In this document: positions 1-10,704 of the stretch, one piece after another
Numbering within the stretch: the first letter of the stretch is position 1
Layout of the letters: each line of letters starts with the position of its first letter
The notes under the pieces: model-generated
Told to the model about the DNA's origin: nothing
The model's input: the letters and a program-made list of their open reading frames with translations, nothing else
The model's database searches: none
Program-made: the position numbers and the translations under genes
NCBI GenBank assembly: GCA_004431415.1
Contig: QPMI01000467.1
Coordinates: forward strand, 1 to 47,157
Source of the DNA: Cyanophora paradoxa CCMP329
Taxonomy: Eukaryota > Plantae > Glaucophyta
DNA length: 47,157 nt
Direction: 5' to 3'

Positions 1-492
1 ACTTAATTGTTCGCAATTTGCTTCATTGTCTTTCAATAGCTTTCCCGCATATCTTGTTTTCAATTGTTGTTGCAGTACCACTATTACAATAGTTGTCTCC
101 TTAACTGTTCACTTATCTGTTCGCTGCGGAAAAAGACGATGACGGACGTGTTATGTTACGAAATGATGTCATAATGACGATGCATATGTATTATGATATA
201 TATGACACACCATCGAACTCGGGAGATCATGACGATCACGGCGATATATATATGTTATGTGTTTATGATACATCATTATTACATCATTATGATGCATCAT
301 TCCGAAATCTCGAAAAATCGATAATCGGCATCTTCAAACGCTTGTATCTCATCACCAGATTATCAAATCGCAACGTTCTGCATATCGCTGTGAAGCGCTT
401 GAAAAGATCTACAAGACAATGTGTATATCATATGCATATATGTATATCAGTCATACATATATTTGGAAAAAAACGAGTTTTCGGCTAGCAAA

Positions 493-1861
493 CTAGCTAG
501 TTTTGGTCCTCTCTCTTAGTGTTCTTTGAGGTTTAGGGGCTGTATATGACTCCTTAGTAGTCTGAAAGTCATTATACCATCTCTGGCTATTCACTTCTGA
601 AAGTTTCTGTGTGCCTGCTATGGTGAGCTTTTGAGTTCCCTATTAACTTTCCCAGCCTTCTCCTTCCTAGCCTCTATCAAAGGCTTATCTGGGACTTCAT
701 TAGCAGCTTCTATGCCTTCTCTCCTTATAGCAGCATCAACCCTAGCTTCCTCTTTAGCTTGCTCTAAGGCATCCACTGTAGGGTTTCAGATATTCAACTG
801 CATTCACAGGCAACAGCTCATGGAAAGCAAACCTGTTATCTATGATCTCACCAGTGGGACTCTTAGCTTAAACTTAAAGCCTTCCCTACTATCAACAGTG
901 TAAACCATCCTAGACCAATTGTTACCCTGTTTAGCAAAGGGTTCTTCTCAACTTTCACTCTAACAAACATGCCAGGCTGCATGGTATCAAGATAAGCTAT
1001 TGATTTCTTGAATCTTCATCTTCTAATCCCACTATATACCTATAATGCTCCTCTGTAGTTTCGCCTGGCTTCATCTTAGTAGCTGAGTGAACTGTATTAT
1101 TGTAATTATACTCAATATCACCTAACACATCAAAGAATCTAGCTGTGTTATTAGCTATGCAGTAGTTTGTGATCAGTCTCTTAATCTGCTTGTTAAAGGC
1201 TTCAATTCGACCTTGGCTTCTATGGTCAGCAGTTCCACTCACTTGGTGTTCTATGAATTTACTAGATAAATACTCCTGGAATATTCGATTTTGGAATTCA
1301 CTCCCAGCATCTGATTGAACCTTTACTATGGTCTTGCCACTCTCATCTCAAGCTGTTTAAATGCAGCTAATGTAGTGAGAGCTGATTTATCCCTTATAGG
1401 TATAATATACCCAGTTCTCAGTGTGATTCCATTGCAGTCATAAATGTATCATAGCCATTGTTTTGTTTCTTATAAGCTGGGAAAAAGAGCAAATCAATCA
1501 CATAGGTATCAAGGGGTTGCCTAATTGGGACCATGGATCTCTCTCCTAGATATAGCAGGTGCATTGATCTGAACAACTTCTTGTTTTTTATAGAACTCTT
1601 GCAACTGCTTATAGGATTCATCTGGTAACTCAGCTCTCATAGCTTGAAGCCCTTTGTAACCAGTCCTCACATCATAGAATCTTTGGCATCTTGCTAGTTT
1701 CTTTCACTGCAATAGCAACTGGGATCTCTACTGGGACAAGCTCTTTCATCTCTGATTTTTGACAATTCGAGATTCCCCTTTTCCTCCTTTGGAACTGTGA
1801 TGGGCAGTAGGTTACTTGCAGTTGCTCAGTGTTCTTCTAACTATTCTTCCAGTTGTGGCAT
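493..1861 (-). CDS. Retroviral-type DDE (rve) integrase of Polinton type, split by several frameshifts
   Basis: Minus-strand fragments read FYDVRTGYKG (N-terminal motif), YVIDLLFFPAYKKQNNGY (first D), VQSDAGSEF (second D, ~1293-1320), GRIEAFNKQIK (E), YNNTVHSATKMKP and AKQGNNWSRMVY. ATG at 1861, probable stop at 493-495. Confidence 0.88.
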
Positions 1862-1864
1862 CTC

Positions 1865-4800
1865 TTAATTAAAAGGAACAGAATTAATACCATCTGGTAA
1901 GATGTATCTCTTTGCATCAAAGCAGTTTAGGGCAACCCTTCTACTCACAGTGTCTATTATTGTGTGATCTGCCCTTCTTTTCTGCTTTGCAGTCACAGTC
2001 TTGCTGATACCTGCAAATAAACACTGCTTAAAATCATTAAATTGGAGTTCCTCAGTTGAAGTCCCAGAGAGCTTACTCCTCTCAATCTCAGCAGTTCTGA
2101 AACTGTAAACTTTGGCTCTGAGACCCACATACTCCAATATAGCAGAACCTGGCATCTCATTTTTGTATTTACCTGGGGTCATTCTGTTAGATCCCCCTAG
2201 GTCCAAGGCATAAGATATATTCTCTATATCTTTTTGTAAGGTCTTAGATTCGATATATAGACAAAAGGAATCAGTATCATGGAACAGTAATTTGGCTTTG
2301 GACCATTGGGACCTTACAGTATCATAGAAGAACTGGTAATTATGCAGTTTGGCTGCATCCAAAACATAGGCTCCAATGGCAACTGGCTTATCTAGCTTCA
2401 CATGTTTTGTGTAAAACTCAAAGGCAACTGCTCTTTCGTTTATGGGGCTTGTTGATTTCACCAATGGAGAGGCTGCATATTTCATAAACAGTTTCTCACT
2501 GTTTGCAATCTTAACCACAGATCTACCTCTGCAAGATTCAATGCATTTCCCATAGATTGAGTTATTCATGAGCTTATAGAAATCAGCCTCGAATTTATTC
2601 ACTGCTTTCCTTCTCATCTCAGTGTTCAGCTCAATATAGGGTTTCATGACAGGAGCCACAGTAAATGATAGGACCCTGTGAACTTTCTTTAATTTCACAC
2701 CTTTGTCCAACAGATACTGTAGAAGAGGCTCAGAAATCACATAGTTGGTCACAGAACCAAAGGTTGCAGTTAGCTTAGGGGTCTTATCAAGCTCTTCTCC
2801 TGAAAGATCTAATAGGCTCTTTTGATATTGTGATAATTCGGCATATTCTACTATTTTCTTGTTAATAATTAGGGGAAATCACTGTGGTCTAGATATAGCC
2901 TAATTGGGTAATCCAGATCAACTTCCAGGAAACTGGATCTGTTATCTTGTGGGTTGAATTCGGTCTCCCATCTAAAATCACCAACTGGGATTGGCTGACT
3001 CAAACAGTAGCCATACAAGTTGTTAGCATCAAACAGCATAATGTGGGAGTTTTCACCATCAGCCTCAGCATACCTACAAGGCATTGTTGCAAAGCCACCC
3101 CTGATTCCCCTCTCAACAAATTCGTATTGCTCTACATCACTTATAAGCTCTATTTTTGCCTTGGTGGTCCTAAGCATAGCATCCCAAGATAACCCAGGTG
3201 CAGATACATAATGAACTGGGTCCAATCCATATACTGAGTGTGAAAGCCTTCTAAAAGCCTGGAATTTGTTCATTAACTCATCTACATCAGCAGCTCCAAA
3301 ATCCATGAAATTGCTTGCATCAATGAACTTGTAAAGACCCCATTGCAATGACAGGTATTGATCAAAGTTTTTCGAAAGGATTTCGATTCGCTTTTTATCA
3401 CCCATGCCTGCTATTTTTCTGAAAATGAATGTCCCACAGTCATCCATTTGGTCAACAACAACTGCAACTTTGGTTTGCTTTGAGATTCTCCTATGGAGAT
3501 TGCAGTTTCTGCATGCAGGTGCAATGTAATTACCTGTGTGGTGATCATGATCTCTGCATTTGAAGTTTTCCTTAGTGAACCTCTCACTGCAAAGGTAACA
3601 GTGTTTAGTAGCCCTGTAAATAGCCTTTTGCTCATCTGTGAGTTCATTCATTGGAATATTGGTGAACAGGAAATCGATTAGTTCTCTAGCTTTGGACTCC
3701 AAGCATTCAAAGAGACCTCCCATTGGATCCTGCCCCTCAAATCGAAAATCTTGAACATCTTCCCCAGTGACTACTCTCAGGTTGACTGCTGAGACTTCCT
3801 TTTGGATTTCGATGCATCAATGGGGATGCTTCTATGTTCAATCTTGCAGTAAACCACAACAGGAAGCCACACAGTTTTCCTGAGGTTTTTCAGTCCAAAC
3901 TCTATGGTGGTCTCAGGTTTAGGGGTGATTCCCTTTGAGAGTCTCCAATCAATGCATCTGTTTGAGTCCACATGAGCAGTGAGTTTAGCCTCAGACCTGA
4001 ATCGAGATAAGCATGTATCACAGTAGTGTAACTTTTGATCCTTGGTTTTATCAAGGGCAACTCTGAGAAGTCTTGAAAGGGACATGATTGTAATATAGTG
4101 ACCATTCCCTTCATCATCATGAATGAGCATGAGATTAATCTTTTGCTTTCTGCCTGGGTTGCTGGATTGATGCAGTGGATATATAACATCTCCATCCATT
4201 CCAAAGATGTTTATGCTAATGCCTGCATTTTGAGCTTCGAATTTATCAATGATTTCAGCATCACAAGGAACAGGGAATGGGATATTGTCGAAATTGAGAG
4301 CCAAAGGATTGTATGTGGTTGGTGAGTATTTCCATTTGCGATATTGTGTAAGCTCACTTCTCTTGTGGGAATTTACATCTTTCCTATGGATCCATGCCAA
4401 AATGGCATTTTCGAAGCAAGAATCATCAATATTTCGAATATTCACTGTGGCTTTCTTAGCTGCAATTGATTCTGGTGTTTTAACATAGCAGCCACCAGTT
4501 GGGGCATAACTCATAATAGCAACTCTTAGCATTTCGATTCTCTCCAATCGATAGCTATCAACCACATTCATCTGCTCCTGACACATTTGGGCTGCTTTAT
4601 TCAGCTCAGTTCGAATATTTCTCGATTTGGTTAATACAAAATAATCGCTGTAAATGTATTTCGATATCCAAACCTGTGGATTGCTGACTTTTACGAACTT
4701 GCAGATAAACGATAAGCGAACTTTGATTGCCCTGAATTGATCTAGACTGTCTCTTAAACGTTTTGGTAGAGAGGTTGCAATTCTATCTAAATATTCAATC

Positions 4801-5108
4801 ACATCAACAACAACTTCCCTTCTGGCTCTGTAAGTGAGCCAGCGATATAATTCATTCATTGCTGTTCCATCTTCTGCCTCTGGTTCTATTTGCCTCAGGC
4901 GATCGAGTTCATCAAGAGTCTCAACTTTGTCATAGAGGTTATTGGCTTTTCTGGTTAATTTTGCTAAAGTGGGTCTGCCCCTTGAAATAAATCCGATTTC
5001 CCGGTCATATTCAGCCTCTGTAATTTCATGGGCTGCATACAGTGTTCCCAGTAATCCCATGAGTTCCCATTTCTTTTCTCTAATAAGTCTGTTGCTAATT
5101 CGGGGCAT
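1865..5108 (-). CDS. polB: Protein-primed family B DNA polymerase (pPolB), in three ORF pieces (3777-5108, 2869-3723, 1865-2752)
   Basis: Polinton pPolB N-terminal motif KKATVNIRNIDDSCFENAIL; C2H2 finger YCDTC...H; endonuclease VII-like CYLC...RDHDHHTG...CRNCN; LDPVHYVSAPGLSWDAML; polymerase motif A FDANNLYG, motif B YKLMNNSIYGK, motif C HDTDSF; GLRAKVYS. Confidence 0.93.
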
Positions 5109-5177
5109 TGTTCCTAACTTGTTCCTACTAAAAGGGGAGGTTTTAAATGGGGATATTCCGAACGCAAAAATTTGATG

Positions 5178-5216
5178 AAAACTACTTAAAGAAATATCTT
5201 CTATATATATAAAAGG
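5178..5216 (+). promoter_or_regulatory. Conserved upstream motif, copy 1 (putative early promoter)
   Basis: AAAACTACTTAAAGAAATATCTTCTATATATATAAAAGG just upstream of ATG 5220; matches 6506-6544 at 38 of 39 positions. Confidence 0.7.
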
Positions 5217-5219
5217 ACA

Positions 5220-6038
5220 ATGGCAGAGAACAAAGCAACATCTTCTCTGGAACGCTTGAAGGCTACATTAATGTTTCTTTGTGGATCTAATAACTTTAAA
5301 GACTTTGTCGCTTTGGGGAGAAGCAAATATATGAACTCTTTGTATTTGAAACTTGCAAAGTATGATTTGACTCACGAAAGCCTTCCTCCACACTCAAACA
5401 GCTGTGCTTGCAAGCATCATATTGAAGAACAATGCTACATCTTGCATGTGGATAAAAAGATTGTGGTTCTTGTTGGCAACTGCTGCATTAAACGATTTAT
5501 GCCAAATGGTGCAAGGAGGGAAGATATATGCAAGAAATGCGGAGATCGACATAAAAACCGTAAGGATAATTTCTGCAATAAGTGCAGGATTATCATAAAG
5601 GAGGAGGAATTGGAAAGAAAAAAGCAAATCCAGAAAGAAGCAGAGGAGCGAAAGAAACAACTTGAATTAGAAGAAAGAGAGCGAAGGCAGAGAGAATTAG
5701 AACAAGAAAGAGCAAGGAATAGACATGCAGTTAATCTTTTCCTGATTTGGTGCAACCAGTTCATTCCAAAAATGGATAATCTTCGCAGAGATGATATAGA
5801 GAGGTTCAGAGAGGGTAGATCTGCATTGATTGAAATGTATGCAGAACTCAGTACAACAAACACATTGGTTGCTGGGTTTCAGGTGCCTTTTCTTAAAAAA
5901 GATATCGCAAAAGGATTAGATTGCAGATGGAATAAGGACAAGAAAACATGGGAGACCTTGGAAATCGAACCATTTGTAGCATTGCTAGGTAAGCATTTCA
6001 AACTTATGTATATTGAGAGATTTGGACAGAGAGGTTAA
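5220..6038 (+). CDS. Cys-rich putative zinc-finger protein with coiled coil and C-terminal DUF5710-like domain
   Basis: Intact 272-aa ORF; CACKH...VGNCCIKRF and CKKC...CNKC motifs; E/R/K-rich coiled coil; VPFLKKDIAKGLDCRWNKDKKTW resembles DUF5710; preceded by the conserved motif. Confidence 0.65.
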   Translation: MAENKATSSLERLKATLMFLCGSNNFKDFVALGRSKYMNSLYLKLAKYDLTHESLPPHSNSCACKHHIEEQCYILHVDKKIVVLVGNCCIKRFMPNGARREDICKKCGDRHKNRKDNFCNKCRIIIKEEELERKKQIQKEAEERKKQLELEERERRQRELEQERARNRHAVNLFLIWCNQFIPKMDNLRRDDIERFREGRSALIEMYAELSTTNTLVAGFQVPFLKKDIAKGLDCRWNKDKKTWETLEIEPFVALLGKHFKLMYIERFGQRG

Positions 6039-6052
6039 AGAACAAAAAATGA

Positions 6053-6078
6053 TTTAAAGAATTCTCTATATATATTAA
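6053..6078 (+). promoter_or_regulatory. Conserved upstream motif, degenerate copy
   Basis: TTTAAAGAATTCTCTATATATATTAA upstream of ATG 6095; same TTAAAGA...TCTATATATAT layout. Confidence 0.55.
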
Positions 6079-6094
6079 GAGAGACAGAGGAAAA

Positions 6095-6349
6095 ATGCCA
6101 CTCAGTGAAGCCCAGAAGAGAGCTATGAAGAGGTACCAGCAAACTGAAAAAGGTAAGGCTCAAATCAAAAAGTTTAACGAAAAAATAGCCACACAGCTAA
6201 GAGATCTATATCAAACCGATGATACCTATAGAGCCATGAAAATAGCAAGTTCATGTCAGCGAAAGTATGCAGCCAATGCAGTCTGCTTTGTCAAATATTT
6301 GTATGATGTCCCTTACTCAAACAGAGGGAGAAAATCGAAACATGTCTAA
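6095..6349 (+). CDS. Small basic hypothetical protein, possibly DNA-binding
   Basis: 84-aa ORF MPLSEAQKRAMKRYQQTEKGK..., K/R-rich, preceded by the motif and followed by an inverted repeat (CAGCATAT...ATATGCTG). Confidence 0.6.
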   Translation: MPLSEAQKRAMKRYQQTEKGKAQIKKFNEKIATQLRDLYQTDDTYRAMKIASSCQRKYAANAVCFVKYLYDVPYSNRGRKSKHV

Positions 6350-6505
6350 ATTATTTTTCCCAGCATATTACTAGGCTGGGGATATGCTGTTTATTCGCTG
6401 AAATACCAATTCATCCTTTTTGTATCTGAACCACTCGATATATCATGTGGATAAATTTCGTAGGGATACTTTCTCGATTTCCAACAAAAAATGATTGGGG
6501 GACCC

Positions 6506-6544
6506 AAAACTACTTAAAGAAAAATCTTCTATATATATAAAAGG
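6506..6544 (+). promoter_or_regulatory. Conserved upstream motif, copy 2, enclosed by a 13-bp imperfect inverted repeat
   Basis: AAAACTACTTAAAGAAAAATCTTCTATATATATAAAAGG upstream of ATG 6563, flanked by GATTGGGGGACCC and GGGACCCCCAATC. Confidence 0.7.
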
Positions 6545-6562
6545 GACCCCCAATCGCTGAAA

Positions 6563-8889
6563 ATGAACGCCAAACAGACCAAGTTAATCAAATCGCTCGC
6601 TAACTGGCTTCGTTCTGATGAGGAACTCGCCAAAAACATGATTATCCCAGTGAAACCTGACAGCAAAGACCCAGTTTTCAAGCATAAGGGAGGTGCTTGG
6701 TCCTGGGAAAAGTATGAGGAAGCGCTGGCAACTAATCAGTATGTATCTTGGGGCATTCTGCTCTCAGACAACATGATGGTTATTGACTTTGATGATGAGG
6801 AGGACTTTGAGAAATTCCGAGATATGTTTCCTGATGACTTTGATGCCAATCAGCCCATGGCAAAAACTAAAAAAGGCTATCATGTCTACTTTAAACGACC
6901 TGAGGAGTTCACTAAACTCAAAATCACCGATAAGGCTCCTGGCTTTAAAGGCTTTGAGAAGGTTGACCTGAAAACAATCACTGGAACTGGAACTTCTGGA
7001 TTAATTAATGTTTGTCCCAGTGTCAACAAGACCTGGGTAATTGCTCCATGGGATGATACCTGTGATTTCAATGAGCCTACTGATGAGTTTAAAAAGTGGA
7101 TTGCAGAGAACTATATCTATAAGAGTGAGTATACTGCTAATGCTACCTCACATGATGCATTGGAAAAGAGTATTCTTAAAGAGCTGGTGGATATGGGCTT
7201 TATGCATCCCAATATAATCTCTCAAACTGAACTGGGCTTTAACTTTGATGCTGCTAATAAGGGACTTAATTGCCCATGCTGCAATGGGTCCCATGAATCG
7301 AATAACTGGTATGTTATGAAAGCCAAAGGAGAAGATAAAAGTATATTGTGTCCAGCTACAGTGGCAATTGCAAAAAACGATTTATCTTCATTGGAATGCA
7401 ATCTGATATCTTCAATCTCATTGATAAGTCCGCTGGTTCTGGAGGCGCTCATTATGATGTCAGTCTTGTGTGCAAAGAGGTACTACAACATACTTGGAGA
7501 TACTCCAAAAAGTCATGGTTCAAACTCAATACTGATACTGGGATTTGGGAGCATGATGACACAAACCAAAAGATTTACCTAGACATAAGTTGCCTTGTTG
7601 TCCCTCAATACCTTGGCAGGGCTGTGCATTATAGCCAAAGAGCTTTGAAGGATGAAGAGAATAGAACAGCTTTCGAAGAGAAATCGAAAACATTAATTTC
7701 TATTGCCAAAAATCTTAAACAATCAGGATATCGCAAATCCCTTCTGACTGATCTGCTCCCTCTGCTGAATGATGATGAATTCTATGAAAAGATTGATACA
7801 GTTCCATATGTAATTGGATTCGATAATGGTGTATTTGATCTGACAACTATGACTTTCAGAAAGGGGAAACTGGAAGATATGGTGAGCAAGAGTGTGGGTT
7901 ATGATTATACTGAGAATGTAGACCCCAAGAAAGTAGACCATCTCAATCAGATTTATAGAGAGATTGTAGATGATCCAGCAGAGCGAAACTACCTTCTGGC
8001 ATCTATTGCAATTGCCCTCAGTGGATCAACAAAATCACAGAAGTTCTACATGTGGACTGGTGCTGGGGCAAATGGTAAATCACTTGTTCAGGAATACTGC
8101 AAACAGATTTCAGGGGCTTATTATAGCCCTCTCGAAATATCCTATTGGACCAAACCTAAAAAGAACTCATCAGATGCTACTCCTGAACTTGCCAAACTCC
8201 TTGGAAAGCGACTTGTATTCAGTAATGAGGCTGAAGATGGTGATAAACTGCAGATCTCCAAAATTAAGGAGGTCACAGGTGGAAATGAAATGACTGTGAG
8301 AGCCTTGTTCAAAGACCCAGTAATCCTCACTCCAATGTTCCAGGTTTACATTACAACTAATGACAATTTGACTATAAATAAACCAGACTTTGCAATTCAA
8401 AGAAGACTTTCATACCAGAGATTCAATAATATATTCAGAGAGAAGCCTGAAGCTGGTCAGAAGAAAGCTGACCCAACACTGTTCACACTTCTACACAATG
8501 ATGATGAGTATAAGATGGCTCACATGAAGATATTACTGGATATGTGGAAGAACAAAGAGGTTGAAGAGATCTTAAGAAATCCCCCTCAATCGATTATTGA
8601 ACAGGGAATAAACTTTATAGCTGAAAATGATAAGATTGGTGAATGGCTTAGGGATAATTTCGAAGTTACCCATAATGCAAACGACTTTGTTTCGAGTGAT
8701 ATCATTTACAAATCATACAGAAGTGTCGATGATAAAGTTGAATGTGTTTCTGTGATGAAGAGAGTAAGGGAAATCTTCAATGTGAAATCAGAGGTTAAAC
8801 GAATTCAGGGAACCAGAGCAAGGGGCTACATTGGACTTCGAAAGATAACAAGGGTTCAAGAAGACAATGGAGAGGATGTTGAATATTAA
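6563..8889 (+). CDS. Primase-helicase: bifunctional Prim-Pol (AEP) domain, Zn finger, D5-like SF3 helicase; one frameshift near 7345
   Basis: WGILLSDNMMVIDFDD (DxD) and KTKKGYHVYF primase motifs; CPCC...H finger; IGFDNGVFDL (D5_N); Walker A GAGANGKS; KRLVFSNE; IKEVTGGNEMTVRALF; AIQRRL. Confidence 0.92.
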
Positions 8890-8949
8890 ACAAAACGATT
8901 TATGATTGAAATGTATATGTATTTTTTATAGCCTTACTGGAAATGGTGT

Positions 8950-9042
8950 TGTTCACAGGTGTCACAGGTCCATCCCATCTAGGGGGCTATAAAACGAAAA
9001 ATGACCAGGGGACGATAAAAACCTGTGAACACCTGTGACACC
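8950..9042. repeat. Iteron-like inverted repeat cassette A (2 x TGT(T)CACAGG, 51-bp spacer, 2 x inverted); putative replication origin
   Basis: TGTTCACAGGTGTCACAGGT at 8950-8969 and ACCTGTGAACACCTGTGACACC at 9021-9042; second cassette at 26154-26244. Confidence 0.8.
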
Positions 9043-9109
9043 TATCGAAAAAGACCAAAATTTGACAAGAATACTTAAGGCTTACTTGATTGTGTATAGT
9101 GAAGACAAA

Positions 9110-9331
9110 ATGGCAAAAACTCTTGATGAGATGACCATGAATGAGTTAGATAAATGCATAAAGCATGGAGATATAGGGGCATATATCGAGATGTCACAGA
9201 GATTGATAGGTTACAATATGTATGCAGCAAAACCAAAGAGAAATAGATCAGTAAACATTCACATAACTGTTTCAGTGTCTGAGAATGCAAACAAAAAACA
9301 ACAAAAGCATATTTACAAAAGTTATCTGTGA
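9110..9331 (+). CDS. Small hypothetical protein
   Basis: ATG at 9110 (MAKTLDEMTMNELDKC...) within ORF 9035-9331; ACTTAAGG upstream resembles the ACTTAAAG motif. Confidence 0.45.
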   Translation: MAKTLDEMTMNELDKCIKHGDIGAYIEMSQRLIGYNMYAAKPKRNRSVNIHITVSVSENANKKQQKHIYKSYL

Positions 9332-9418
9332 CTTGATTGCAAGTATAAAGCCAATTCCTTTGTATATATTTTTATAGCTGCCTCAGTGGCATACTGAGAC
9401 CGCTTTTTCTCAATTATC

Positions 9419-9664
9419 TTATAGACCTGGGGGTCCATTGCTACTATCAGTAGGCAAATAATATTTAATCGGTCTCCCTCTGGGTCTCTGCTCCTCTTTT
9501 TTGGCTTTTCTGCGATAATAGGATGCCAGGGCTTGCTGCTTTTTATACTCTCTATATTCTGGGTCCTCTCTATATCGTTTCTGCATTGCTAGTATGTGTC
9601 TAATAGAACCCTCAGTAACAGGTTCATCACTGGTAAACTCGATTAAACTAATAGTATCCTCCAT
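9419..9664 (-). CDS. Small basic protein with AT-hook-like PRGRP motif
   Basis: 81-aa ORF ...YYRRKAKKEEQRPRGRPIK; last gene of the tightly packed minus-strand run behind the capsid/ATPase genes. Confidence 0.55.
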   Translation of the reverse strand: MEDTISLIEFTSDEPVTEGSIRHILAMQKRYREDPEYREYKKQQALASYYRRKAKKEEQRPRGRPIKYYLPTDSSNGPPGL

Positions 9665-9920
9665 TTATATTCCCAGAGAAAACGTTTTCTGCTGGTAAAG
9701 AACTTCTCCTTGGATACTCCTGCTGCTCATATGTATACTCTGTGGGGTCTGCTGGCATTGATTCCACAGAAACTGTAGACCTCCTTCTCTCTCTTGCTTC
9801 TGAGGCATTATCCTCATTATCTGACATCTCAAACTCCACTGTTGTCTCACAACATCCACTGTGGCAATTGCTCACCACATGCAGACTGAACATCTCGAAG
9901 AACTTTCGTATTATGTCCAT
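9648..9920 (-). CDS. Hypothetical protein
   Basis: 90-aa ORF with ATG, AT-rich upstream spacer AATTATCTCTGTTTTATTAGAGAT, tight packing. Confidence 0.5.
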   Translation of the reverse strand: MDIIRKFFEMFSLHVVSNCHSGCCETTVEFEMSDNEDNASEARERRRSTVSVESMPADPTEYTYEQQEYPRRSSLPAENVFSGNINGGYY

Positions 9921-9942
9921 ATCTCTAATAAAACAGAGATAA

Positions 9943-10446
9943 TTAAAGCCAAACTCGTCTTTTATATACTGCTGGGGCTACTCCCTTTTCTACTTCAGCT
10001 TTGGTGGCACCAGGTTCAATAGTTCCCTTTTGGGTCTTTGTTTTCATTTCATCTACTGCCTGCTCATCGATTTGGGTCTCTTTCTTAGCAATAAACTGTT
10101 TATCTGGGACACCAGTAATACCCATTTTATAAACTTCCTTTCGAAGCATCTCCTTTAGCTTAGCTCTCTCTTTCTTCTCAGTAACATACTGCTCCAAGGC
10201 ACTGGATTTGGCTTCCAAGTCTTTGAGTTTAGCAGTCATCTCATCCCATTGAGCCTTGGGAATTCGATGAATATTTTGAGTGGGAGCAGTCTTATATGTG
10301 ACTTCACCAGCCATAGACTGGATTACCTTGTCTGATTCCTTACTAAGACCTTCACCTTTGCGAGCCAGTGAAAGATCTTGCAAGCCTAGACCTTTATCAT
10401 CAGCAGCACCAATAATTCGCCTGGCACCCTCAGCAACAGCTTTCAT
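9943..10446 (-). CDS. Hypothetical K/E-rich coiled-coil protein; may be continuous with 10443-10676
   Basis: 167-aa ORF overlapping the stop of 10443-10676 by 4 nt. Confidence 0.55.
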   Translation of the reverse strand: MKAVAEGARRIIGAADDKGLGLQDLSLARKGEGLSKESDKVIQSMAGEVTYKTAPTQNIHRIPKAQWDEMTAKLKDLEAKSSALEQYVTEKKERAKLKEMLRKEVYKMGITGVPDKQFIAKKETQIDEQAVDEMKTKTQKGTIEPGATKAEVEKGVAPAVYKRRVWL

Positions 10447-10676
10447 TTTGAGGCTTCAGGTGAGATGTTGAGTTGGTCACTGGTTGAAGCCTGTGGGGCT
10501 TTGTCATCGACTGATTCCTCATAGGCAGCATTAAGAGGGTCCTCTTCTTGCTGTGAGGGCTTCACCTCATTCATACCATTGAATTTCATTGGTTCAGTAT
10601 TAATGGATCCATTGTTTCCACCACCTGAATAGCCAACAGCCCCAGCTGGGATCCCTATCTTTCGTTTGGGAGGCAT
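10443..10676 (-). CDS. Hypothetical protein with N-terminal NLS-like MPPKRK
   Basis: 77-aa ORF; upstream spacer AATTATCTCTCATTCTAATAAAGATAC is similar to that of 9648-9920. Confidence 0.55.
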   Translation of the reverse strand: MPPKRKIGIPAGAVGYSGGGNNGSINTEPMKFNGMNEVKPSQQEEDPLNAAYEESVDDKAPQASTSDQLNISPEASK

Positions 10677-10704
10677 TGTATCTTTATTAGAATGAGAGAT
10701 AATT

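Noticed and set aside
1-492. Left terminal inverted repeat matching the right end
   Set aside because: No copy of the 28-bp terminus or other extended match to 25693-26781 was found; only a 10-bp ATCGATAATC match, which is compatible with chance. ORF 153-488 is low-complexity and unsupported.
7340-7360. Programmed frameshift between primase and helicase
   Set aside because: No clear slippery heptamer, and many other genes show similar single-base breaks, so error or decay is simpler.
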